DNA from: Perkinsus olseni
Lineage: Eukaryota
Reading direction: 5' to 3'
Assembly: GCA_013115125.1 (NCBI GenBank)
Contig: JABANN010000122.1
Location: forward strand, 1 to 64,000
Length of the DNA: 64,000 nt
A program made the position numbers and the translations under genes. Of the stretch, positions 25,463-36,741 are shown in pieces. The stretch's first letter is position 1. Each line of letters opens with the position of its first letter. The notes beneath the pieces are model-generated. The model made no database searches. It was not told where the DNA came from and saw only the letters and a program-made list of their open reading frames with translations.

Positions 25463-25859
25463 AAACCAGAGCACTCACAATGAATATAGTTGGCCCGATC
25501 GGTCTTGTTTCGAATCGAAACTCCCAGTGAACAGAAGCCCTGAACTTCAGGGCCTGAAGCCCACAGCGTTATAGAGCACATCTCGAGGGCTCTTCGAGCC
25601 TCTTTACGTATTGACCATGAACGACTCGATGCGTCTCTGAGACGCACTGAGGACAAAGAGTTGGGTTGATGAGAGTTGGCTCAAACATTTTAATACGACC
25701 TTGGTGATCATAAAAAAGCGACTCTGATATCTCTGATATTCTATAATGAATACAAAAAGGCTGATGATTTCCATCAATGACTACGGAGTGAGCGGGACCG
25801 GGTTGCAGGAGGGATTGAAACACCACCAGAGATAAGATGACGCATAAAAGCAGAATCAT
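25459..25859 (-). CDS. Putative secreted Cys-containing small protein (frame-broken)
   Basis: Signal-like MILLLCVILSLVVFQSLL; a second frame ends ...FCSLG...IHCECSGF*; needs a frameshift or intron to join. Confidence 0.35.
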
Positions 25860-25896
25860 TAGAAACAGAATGCGATAGTGGGCACAGACGGCGGCA

Positions 25897-26107
25897 TTAT
25901 GAGCAGACACACGCACGAGAGTCATCTTGCACGCATCTATTCGTTTCGATGTTACATTGGGAGATCGGGCAGCTCGGAAAAATGCACACCACAGGGTTGA
26001 AAGGGGGAGCTGTAGTTGTGGTTGGCTCATCGCCATCATAGAAGGCGCTGACAAACATTTTGGACCACGAAGAGAGCCACCAGGATAGGGCTGGAGATGT
26101 TGAACAT
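25897..26107 (-). pseudogene. Six-Cys secreted peptide paralog C (one-base frameshift near 26058-26061)
   Basis: MFNISSPILVALFVVQ / MFVSAFYDGDEPTTTTAPPFNPVVCIFPSCPISQCNIETNRCVQDDSRACVCS*; collinear with paralogs A and B. Confidence 0.8.
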
Positions 26108-26613
26108 GGGCTGCGACGAGATTGGAGAGAACAAATAATGAAACCACCGTATGGCGCAACGCTTGGCACCTTCGAGAGGCGGCTCTAAGCTAGCATATCT
26201 GGTCATCAATAAGTACTTGACGCGCCATACGAGGTAGCTCGTGTCTAGTCGGAGCTCGAGAGGATCTTCTTCGAATTTGTGGCTCGACTGCCATTGTGGG
26301 GCTCCACCTAATTGGGAATTTATTCCTGCTCTGGAGCCTCCAATATACTCGTCAGAATTCTCATGTGTTGTTATGGGACATTTCTTGGAGACCTTCAACC
26401 AGCACTGCAGGGGATGACTTACTGCATACCATCTGCCTCCACACTCCCACCGGACACTAGTTGTACTGGATATAAACACAGCCCACCAAGATCAGTGAGT
26501 TGAACTGATGAAGTATTTGAACAGCTCCAGAAGAACGACTTCCCCAAGACCTATGCTACAAAACAGCGAGCGAGGATTCGTCCGGGATTAATGATGTGAC
26601 CACTGCTACTGAC

Positions 26614-26857
26614 TGGTCCTGAAGCGGTACTGAATAGTGATCGTACCATAGACTACAGAATGGTCCTGGAGCGGTGATGAATAGTGATCGTACCATAGAC
26701 TACAGAATGGTCCTGGAGTGGTAATGAATACTGATTGTAGCATTGACTACAGAATGGTCCTGGAGCGGTAATGAATAGTGATCGTACCATAGACCACAGA
26801 ATGGTCCTGAAGTGGTAGTGAATACTTAATGTAGCATCGACTACAGAATGGTCCTGG
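26614..26857. repeat. 47-bp minisatellite, about 5.2 copies, two subtypes
   Basis: tggtcctg recurs at 26614, 26661, 26708, 26755, 26802 and 26849. Confidence 0.95.
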
Positions 26858-26897
26858 TTCGGTCATCATACAGATCATAGGAACACCAAGGAGTATA

Positions 26898-27125
26898 CTA
26901 CACGAAGCACTCACAAACCTTAGACTCATCTTCTAAGCATCTTTCCCTTTCCTTGCTACACGACAGATCGTCACAACTTGTGGAAACACATGTGGTATCG
27001 TCCACAGGAAGCCGAGTAGTTGTGGTAGTCGGCGGCGGCGGGTCACCAAAATTACCAGCTGTCGTAAGCGTCTGGTCTTGGATAACGCAGAAGGCCAGTA
27101 GGATAGCGTTGATAATGTTAAGCAT
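26898..27125 (-). CDS. Six-Cys secreted peptide paralog A (75 aa, intronless)
   Basis: MLNIINAILLAFCVIQDQTLTTAG-NFGDPPPPTTTTTRLPVDDTT-CVSTSCDDLSCSKERERCLEDESKVCECFV*. Confidence 0.8.
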   Translation of the reverse strand: MLNIINAILLAFCVIQDQTLTTAGNFGDPPPPTTTTTRLPVDDTTCVSTSCDDLSCSKERERCLEDESKVCECFV

Positions 27126-28158
27126 AGGATGCGAAGAGTTCAAAAATGGCACTAAGCCACAAGACCTTGCTTGCCCTAGTCGCCGGCTGCTACCTAACCA
27201 AACGTCAACGACGACAATCGAAGCGAGAACCGTTTCACTTCTAAGACGGCTTTTCAGTGCAACTCAAGGAAGGTGGGATGTCTCACAACATAATTTCTCA
27301 CCCACACACCGAGCCCAAGTTGACGCTACAATTACTGATATTGGTGATGACCAAGTCACATTTCAGATACAGTAAAGCCTTGGCAGAATGTTCGTCCTCT
27401 TCTCCGTTCCGTGGGCGCAGCTGTCAAATTGACAGTGTCAATGCTTCATGCATCTCTCAGCAAGAGGGCCGTTGGACTAACGGCGTTGATTTTATCAGCC
27501 TCTCCCCGCGCCCGCCATTCAGGAAAAGCGGGTGACGCTCGCGTACGTGGTTGCCTGTCTACCTATTACGTTAGACCCCACCGCTACGGCAGTACGATCG
27601 GCTCATTCGATTGTTACAGAAGGGGCACAGTTGACGTCCTACGGCCAGTTGAGTAACGTAGCGGGTCGTTCCTGGGCATCAAGAGTGTCCAGGTGAGAGA
27701 AAGACTCTCCCGGACTGAGAGAAGGGGTGCTGTCCCCGGGACAGCATACCGGAGAGGTGCACGCGTCACGACTGCTTTCTCATTGTCGCACTACGCTCCT
27801 ACGTCAATACTAGAGACCGTGTTCTGGCGGACGGCTAAATAATTAGTGCCAAGGCTATGACGATCAACATGAATGTCACACCAGTTCTCAGGCAAACGAT
27901 CCACAAGTGTATCGCCAATTGCTCTGATAACATTGTTCTACTGTTACTTACCATCTGAGAGGATTTCACTCCAGCTTATCCTGCGGGAATGTTGTCTGTT
28001 GGAATCGCCCTATCGGAGGTGCTTGACTCTCTTGAGCCCAGACCTTCACTGTTGTACTGGGATGGTACCATCTATGCTGTCTCAACTACTGGCCGTAGAG
28101 GAGGGAAGCATCTGAGCACCTCGACAGGTTTCAGGTTTCAGTAAGCAACTACCGGTTA

Positions 28159-28210
28159 CCAGCTGACTATTCAATAGTCAGCTGGACCAGCATCCAATAG
28201 TCACTATTGG
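28159..28210. other. Two adjacent perfect palindromes
   Basis: ccagctgactatt-c-aatagtcagctgg (28159-28185) and ccaatagt-c-actattgg (28194-28210). Confidence 0.85.
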
Positions 28211-30571
28211 CGGAGCGGGATCTCACAAGCCGAGGGGCCTGAAATTCTGCAAGTGTTGACCGACTGATAATCGAGAATAGGTCAAGCCTTGGGCTGTGCC
28301 GTAACCTTCAACAACCCAGCAGATCATATGTAGCTGTGGCTTACCTCAGCCATTTTCCTTTGGTGTTGCACGTGTAGCTCTCGGCCTACTCCCAATCACA
28401 CCTATTAGCGCTTGTACTCCTTCCCACGTGATTGAATCAAGTTTGCCTGCTTCAGTGGGTCACCCAGATGGTGCTGAGCCGGGAATGTGAGGTCCTTCGT
28501 TCGCGAGTCTCGCGACGCGAGAGTTGGAACCATGAGACGGGGCTTGGGAGAAGAGCGGTGCACCACAATTGCTGGACTAGGCCGATTTGATGCCAGTGCG
28601 CAGCAATCGCGTTTGGACCCGTGGCTCGAAGGGCCGTCACAGTCGTCGGTCGTTCGAGAATCGGAGATCAGGATGCGGAATCGAGCTTACCTGAAGTGTA
28701 CTCCGCCGTGTCCAGGTGTGAAGCCAGGACACTGGTCGCTTCGCAGCTCTACCCGCTCGTGCGGACGCGGATGTGACATCGTTGCGCCACACAGTCGAAG
28801 CCGCGCTGCTTGCAGACTTCAGTCAGCCCATTGTGCTGGTTTCAGCTACATCAAACACTACGAGTTAGGCTCTTCAAGATGGAGTGCCGTAAGGATCATC
28901 GAGCATCGTCGACGAGACAGCAGGCCGCGTTCTCTGATGAAATTGGTCATGCAAGCAGACGTTCCCTGCTTTGATCACCATCACTCACTGAAAAAGCCAG
29001 TGGCGGAGTTCATCAGAGTCGGAGAGACAAAAGGACATTCTCTTCATCACGAATCGGGAAATGATGAGTCACTTTGAGGCATTCATGTGTAGTCTTCGAA
29101 TACCGCGAAGCCAAACCCCAAGTAAGTTGGCACGAGGGGAATACCATAGCTCAGAAATGCACCCGAGGATAAAGAGGTCCTCGATGATCGCCTTGGAGAC
29201 CAGAACAGAGTTGAGAGCACTCCAACTAAGTCAATTGTTATTAATGTGCGCCCTGACGTCGGTCAGAGGTCTGGCCATCCTGTGGGCCACAGGATGGCCC
29301 TGAGGGAGTAGCTCACGTAAGTGTCTGGAGCCGCCTCACCACCTGTGTAGACGGTTCACCACTGCCAAGGCGGCTCGGAGGAGGGATGTACTCGTGACAC
29401 ACAGAATGAGGTGACAGCGAACGTCGACAACATGTGCCACGCGCGTTTTCGAATACGTATTAAGGTTCTTTTAACGTCGTAGGACCTGCGCGGCCGGCCA
29501 GGGCCACTTAGTATCTCATAGCATGAATGTGGGAATCGAATTCATTCGGATGATACTGCCTTGCTGCCCATCCGCTCCTCACTAGCGAGAGAGACATATT
29601 CTAGCGCACGAAGGCTAGGCTAACCGCATGCGTCAAAGGATCGATTTCGAGTATTCTCCCCGAGCGTAGGGAACACCGTTGGCCCGAGGCGCGATAGCTC
29701 CGCACCAGAAAAGTAGTAAGACAGAAGTGACTCAACAGACTTGCGCCTCGGGTATCAGTGCGTAGTTCGAGCGGAGCATGCTCGGGCGAGCGGCTGAATT
29801 GAAATCCCATTGAACCGAATCAAAGAGAAGGACTACTTAGGTGGAGTCAACGTCACACTCATCCACAGACTGACGATCTCTTACTCAACTTCAATTGCAG
29901 ACGTTGAACGTCTGAACTCGAACTGCAACTTGCAGTGCTGAGGACTCCAGTTGCACTCGTTCACTGCTACTTACCATTCGAAAGGGTAACGCCCTACCCG
30001 CTTTTCGCTGCATTAGGTCTTCAACGATTATGCTATTGGAGATGATTCGAACACCTCTCTGTAGAAGGTCAGTATTCCATTGGGGTGCGACGTCTCTACA
30101 ACTCTGCACGCTTTTGAGCTCAGGCAACACCGTCGTGACTCACGACTCGTGAGTTCTCCCATCTCGACCGTCGTAGGTTCTTCTCCCACGGGATGTACCC
30201 CATTGCGTATCCGGCATTCAACGTCGGTGCGGTAGGATTGGATGCCGAGGCGAGCCGTGACTCTGATAACGCCACCGAATTTACCACGTGGTTATCAGTA
30301 ACCGTGACGGTTAATGCAAGAGAAGGTAACGAGGAAACTACTGGCTATTACTGCATCAACAAATTAAAATACATCAGAATCGACTTTCTGACGACTTAGT
30401 TTCACTGTCAAATCCTCTCGGCACAGTTGAAGTCTTCGTTCGAGCTGAAGCAAGTGTTTCCTGGTCTCAGTAGTTCTCACACCACCCTTCTTAAGGGCCG
30501 CAATCTCAACCTGCAGGTCATGGATCTCCACTCGGGCGGCCTGAGCGGAGCGGCATTATGCCGCTGGCATA

Positions 30572-33515
30572 TTACTCGGATGCCCACACTAAGAGAAGTT
30601 TTTCATCCGCTGCATAAAGGAAGAGCCCATCAAAAGCCCAGAATGCACCTACGAGCTCATCCATTAGACGGCCGAGTGGACCCGGCAAGTTGTCGAGGAA
30701 GTCGTAGGCCGCAAAGATGCCCTCAGTGATTCTCAGAGCGAGTTTCTCATCAACCTTCGCGAGGAACTTCAGTGCCTGGTGAATCTTCTCTACCCGAACC
30801 ATCCGGGTCTGAATCGAGCACCGAGGTTAATAATACAGTTGAAAATTAGAAGTTCGAGGTCTGTGAACACGTTACTTCTACGAGCTTACCTTCTCATCAT
30901 TGTCCCAATTGTGTCCCCAAACCTCGGATCCCAGCTGATGAAGCACAGATGACAGCTCCGTCAGGAGGTCCCTTGAGGCGACAACCTCTTCTGATCTTGA
31001 AATATGGTAGGCCTCTCCAACCGATGATAGTAATTCTGTTATTCTTTCGCTGCTGGGAGTCTGCCGCCTGGAAAGGTAAGCTCGGACACATCCAAGTAGA
31101 ACTTAACCCAGTAGACGGCTCCTTTCAGAAGACTCGAGTACTTAGTCACGTCCTTCAACGTTCTGCAACAGCTGCTTTGATTGAGCTGTGGTTCAAGTAC
31201 GTCAAGTCCGCGATCTCACCCCAGTAGCTCTTTGATAGTCGAGCCCCTCCTGGTCAGCACTCCACCAACGATAGCCTCAGCAGCTGCATCAATATCGGGT
31301 AGGGAAAGTTCACATCTGAGCCGAAAAGGTGCAGCAGCGTGTCGACCGTAGCCGAATAATAATGGATACGCCGGAGGAAATCTGATATACTCATACCTCA
31401 CCTACTCAGTGGACTTCGCCGATTTCTCGTCCTCACAAACTCGTCCAGGCTTCGATAGTAGCCCATCTGTATGTGTTGCCAATGAGGCAGCACCTGGAAA
31501 ATCGTCCGATCACTGAGAGAGGACGGAAGACGTGAGAACCTCCAACTGAGAGGATACCCCGTCCGCTGATAGAGGAATCATACGCCTACGATATACGAAG
31601 ACAACCGCGCAGGCGTACACTTGAAGATCTCTTCCCGCCGCAACCGAGCTCTCTCGAAAGAGGCTGCCAGCTCCTGAACATACTACTATCGCGATTCAAT
31701 CTCAACTACCCTTACCTTATCAATCCATTTAGAGCTCTTCGTGGACATGCGACACCCAGTCCGACCAACCATTGCAGCTACTACCCTCTTGGATAACTCC
31801 AGTTTCTCAGCTGCCAGTCTGATGAGGACAAACTACTCGCGGAGCGACTCGACGATGCTGAGTCGTACGATGAGTTCATTTTCGATATTCTCAAACCTCC
31901 GTACCTACTCCTCTCCGGCAGCTCGTGATCGAGCCTCCATCCCCTGTATCAGCTGAGCCACACGTCTGCTGTGTCCTTCGAGGCGGAGGTTGACAATGTC
32001 ATCGGTCCGCACGGGAGGTTGGCCAGGAATCCCCTCCTTGGCCGGTACTTCCTCCACATATGTTGGGCGAGCCCTCTCTTCTCCCGGAAAGAGCATATAG
32101 TGACTGCTTGTGGGAAACACCAAAATCTCTCTTGGCCCACCTGGTAATCTCTTCCCACGCTTCTCTGTCACGACCTCCTCAACCGCCTGGAGTTGTTCGG
32201 TGATGGTGGAGACAGAAGACTGCAGACATGACTCGACATCCGCTAGAAATTCCACTCGGAATCTGAGCAGGTGGGTCACCCACCGTGGGTGTAAAGGAGC
32301 CCACCCCTCTCCTTACTGAAGCCAACGACTCCACCGTTGCTGGTGAGCTGCAGAGAGTATCTCTTCAACCTAAGTCACACGAGTAACAGAAGTGCAGAAG
32401 TGACTGAACACCTCTCTGAGGGCACGACGACTCATCTCCTGCACCTCCTCTGTTGACATAACTTCGACATCACCGCTATTCTTCAGGAGTCGCATCGCAG
32501 CATCAGACTGAAGAAAGAACGATCTCCAAATACTTCAACCGACTGTGGAACTTGAGACCGATATGACCATGTCTTGTTTATGTTGTCGAGACCAGCGAAG
32601 ACGACGGGCTGAGAGCCTCTCTTCGATCTCCCCCGTTGCTCGTTTCACCAACTCCGAGCACTCTTCATCTATCTGAGGAGCAGCGAGTGTGGAGGCTTCG
32701 GAATATCCATTGCGGCATCCCGCTTATCGCGACTGGCACTTACCTCAGCCATCTTCTGTCGGCGTTGGAGTTCCAACTCCTGGTCTACTGCTAGTCGCCT
32801 CTGGCGGAGGATCTCAGCTCGTTCTATCTCCCATGTAGTTTGTTCAACTGCTACTGCTGTTCCATCGCTCATGAACTGCAATGAACTGAAACTCTGAGGG
32901 GTTGCCCAGTGGGGTGAGTTAACCCCTTTTCGGCCGGTCAAAGGTTAAATCTGTAGTATCTCGAGGTCGTTTTTGTACATGTAAGAAGATGTTCCAGACT
33001 CGATGTAGACACTTCCTTACGCTCAGGCTGGGACCCACAGCGTTATAGTCGAACGAGGACTCATCTTCGATGCCGCTCCATGAAACAGGCCGCGAGGAGC
33101 CCTTACGTCTTCTTCCCATATTTCGCGCCCGTTTGCGCTCAACACTCGCGCGAGGGTCTTGTAGAAGAAGATAATTCACAGTGCGCAACTCCTTCGTCAG
33201 GCCCACTTATGATGATGAACGCAAGCTTCGCCGTGACACCGTTCGCCGGGTACTCGGAGCTTTCCTGAGCCCGTATCGTATATTGCTAGGAACTGTTGCG
33301 GTGGGCCTCTGATGTGAACTCCCTCGTAGTTACTGTTGTTCATCAATTATCGGAACGGGAGTCATGAATTGTCGACGAAGTGTCGAGACCTTGACAGGAG
33401 CCGGGCCATCGCAGTCGATACCGGGATTACTGGTCCGGGACAGACTCCATAAGTTTTCGACCGAGAGATCCGCTAGAGCTGAATCGACTCGTACGGACCT
33501 TACAGTTGGCTTCAT
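30572..33515 (-). CDS. Hypothetical multi-exon coiled-coil protein
   Basis: Series of E/R/Q-rich exons (EIERAEILRQRRLAVDQELELQRRQK, VRRFENIENELIVRL) with GT-AG introns; family not recognised. Confidence 0.55.
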
Positions 33516-33649
33516 GAACCCCACTTCCCGATCTCAAGCGATTGTGCTGAAGGACACGAGGCGTATTTACGCCTCGCTTCTTGCGCAGAATCAATGCTTC
33601 TGAGCCGGCAAGTAGTGTTCTAGCGGCAATTGCTAATTGTAAGTATTAA

Positions 33650-34866
33650 TGCACTTCGAAATCAACGCAACTTGGCAACAGCTTAAATAAGGATACGCAC
33701 TTGACTCATGGCAGTGCTGCTACTCCCTGATAAGCCTTATCAGTAAGGGTTCGAACTCTGACCACTCTGCGACAAATGAATCGGGGGAGGTGAACATTAA
33801 TCGCAGTGTGAAGTATATTTTACGAGAGCACGGAAGAAGCTGGGACAGCGGGCAAGAGTGAAGACTTCGGTGCGGGATCATCGATGTTATTCTCCTCCGA
33901 TACGATTTCACACGATTTCACGAATGGTAGCGAATACTGAATAACCGCTAAGAGTTCCTTGGCGCCGGCCGCATACCCTGAGTGGATGCTTCTCTCTCGA
34001 ATCACGATAATGGCGAGTATCCTGCTTATAGACTCCAGAACTACTTCCCCCCATGCCCCCAGCCATTGAACAAGGTTGGTATCAAGCATACACTACTCAT
34101 ACTCTTCTCCCCAGATACCACATTACAGGAAGATACCTCAGTCCCTATCGTGGTGCGACAGCTGCGAAATGAGCCACCACCATTTTCTCAATGAGGGGCC
34201 CTCATAGTCTTTCATCGTTCAAAAAAGCCTCGTCCTCTGCCTCCACTGCCTCAATCTCAACTTTAAGCGCCTCTCGCTTCAAGAAACAGCAGACGATAAT
34301 CTTCCCGAAATGGTCAAGAGTGACGTGAGAGGTGGGAACACATTTTCGGAGCCTGCAACTGAGCATTATGAATAGAGATACAGCCAGTGGCTGCCAGGCG
34401 TCGCCGACACACTGAACAATGGGTTCAATGCAACAACAATCTGCAATTCCAAATGAAGCTTCTCCACTCATGCCTCCACTCATGTCTAATGGCACGGCTG
34501 CTGCACTGAGAGCTCTCCTGGAGGTCTCTCTCACTGAGACCTCAGGTATAATGACACAGCGTTGGCGATGCCCGAGCCAATGTCCGACATAGGATGCATT
34601 GGCCGATTACCCATATACGCTCCGCCAATCTCTTGAACATCGCTTCCACATTTTAGCTCGGCAGATTATCTCAACGCATGCGCCAATGCCCCGCGGCAGC
34701 AAAATCGCTTTGTCCGTTTCGCATTGCCGAATGAACAATAACATCGCCGCAACGCCGACAATCCTTGTTGTCGCGAGGCACAATCACTGTCCCAAGTAGG
34801 GCCACCCGGCCTGGCAGGCAGGCTGGGTCCCAGCCTGCTCCCTAACCTTCCAGCCAGCCTGTCCAT
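33650..34866 (-). CDS. Hypothetical multi-exon protein
   Basis: Exon-like ORFs (CCIEPIVQCVGDAWQPLAV, LDTNLVQWLGAWGEVVLESISR) with splice sites; ends approximate. Confidence 0.45.
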
Positions 34867-35159
34867 AACCAAGGCTGCTCATCCTTCTCCCGAGAGCTCC
34901 CCAAGTTGGGGGCCCCAACTCGATCGCTGCCTCTGCCTACCGTGTTCTCGGACGTCAGTTGCATCATTCACGGTAGTATACTGATTTCTCATGCGTGCGC
35001 TGTGCTGCATGATACAGCGCGCGACACGCTACTGGCATGATGCCAGCCATAATCTACCCGTCAAATTAGAAAAAAATTACCGCCGCAGTCATCATTCTAC
35101 ATCGTAACAGACATAATCGCAGTAGCGAAAAATGATTCGCTATCCTTAACTTCAAACCT

Positions 35160-36246
35160 ATGAACGACTCCTCTGCGGGAGCACCACGGCTTCGCGGGGT
35201 CGCCTACGTCATAGATGAGGATCGCGAGGAGGGCTCGCTAGAGTCGTTCTTGAGCACCCCTGTAGCCAGGTCATCCCGAAGAGCCGCTGCTCCTTGCACG
35301 CCTTATATCTGTCCGGTACGACGATTATCGCTCTTTATGGTGAGCAGGGAGAGGGGCGGAGGGGCGGAGGGAACGCTTATCCCAACCATCAACATGCTAA
35401 CATTCAGGCTTGTAATGAGCTCCAGAAAGACATATGAACCATTACGGTCCGGAGGAAAGGGTAGTAGGTAAAAGTTGTGCGCTCGACTACGTGTGTTGGA
35501 GGGTAAGCCGTCCGTCCAACACACGGATCCGCCGACGACATACCCCGCCTTCGACAAGCTGACAAGCGAGCCTAACTCGTGCCAGGAATTGGGAGGAGGG
35601 GCCGTTTGCTGACGAGGCAAGTGTCCAGGCAGCTCCTCGTGGCAAGGTAATAGGATTCATGGGGAGTTGGACGCTGGTAAAGTGACACTACTAGTGTCTA
35701 ATGCCCCGTATGACGGCACAAAGCTCAATCCGAGCCTATCATGACGTAAAGACACTCGAAGGACAATCATAATACTTACCTGCTTCACATTAGTATCATG
35801 CATGAGACAGCCCGGCCTGCGGAGAGCCATGGGCAGTCTTTTGGCTGTCCCTTCGTCAGTTTCTTCTATGTGACCACGGGGCGAGCGGGTCCGCGATATT
35901 CGCTTAGCCCGCCCGTCGTCTCTACGGCTGCAATTCAGCCCTCTCACTCTCACCCCAGTCTCTGGGTGAGAACTGAAAAGCCTCCTGCAAGGATCCCAGG
36001 CTGGACGTATCCGGGAGTGCATGGCTGCCTGCGTCTTCGCACGCCTGGCACTCTGGCGTGATGACGAGTCAGTGCTGTGCCTCCGTCATCCTGAGCCGGA
36101 GCATGTGCACTGATCAGGTGCACCATCACCCAGTCTACGCCGTAAGAGGTTCCACGCACAAGTCTAATGACCGATGGTTGGGTTCCTGGTTCATGCTCAT
36201 ACTCAGTGATGCAACTGAGAAGTTCTCAGTGAGAACCCAGAGGTAA
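35160..36246 (+). CDS. Possible hypothetical multi-exon protein
   Basis: ATG 35160 ORF with donor gtgagc near 35340; downstream exons uncertain. Confidence 0.3.
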
Positions 36247-36528
36247 ACTCAACCTGCGTTCAGGGCAGTCCCTTTGGACGGCGACTCCCATCTAGCATTA
36301 TCGGTCCTATCAGCGAGGGGCCATCCCGTAACAATGACGAACCAAACTCATCGCCGGCAAGCTCAGCTCGATCTGATGAGTCATTATGACGGATCAGAGA
36401 ATTACAAAATTACCCACGACAGATACCGGGGAGTGCAGTATCGTCCGGGATTGGTACGACTGATGACTGGCTATGGATTATACGAAGATTATCCAAGCCT
36501 GCTCCGATAGTGACTACGGCTAACAATA

Positions 36529-36741
36529 TCATTCACAGGCACAACCGATTGTGGCTTCAAGTATACACGTGCCCCTTTCCATGTCACACATGGATAATTG
36601 GCAACTAGAAGAATGACACACCACAGGGTCCAAAGGTGGAGCAGTGGTCGTGACCTCTTCACCAGGGGTCCAGGCACTCACAAGCGTAGAATCTTGAATG
36701 ACGCATAGGCCCAGAAGGATTGCCTTGATGATGTTAAACAT
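36529..36741 (-). CDS. Six-Cys secreted peptide paralog B (70 aa, intronless)
   Basis: MFNIIKAILLGLCVIQDSTLVSA-WTPGEEVTTTAPPLDPVV-CHSSSCQLSMCDMERGTCILEATIGCACE*. Confidence 0.8.
   Translation of the reverse strand: MFNIIKAILLGLCVIQDSTLVSAWTPGEEVTTTAPPLDPVVCHSSSCQLSMCDMERGTCILEATIGCACE

Noticed and set aside
25352-26857. CRISPR array interpretation of the two repeat arrays
   Set aside because: Units are contiguous tandem copies without unique spacers, no cas genes are visible, and the context is eukaryotic.
28487-29303. 196-aa and 80-aa ORFs in the gene-poor stretch
   Set aside because: No motif, R/S-rich random-looking composition and no supporting splice pattern.
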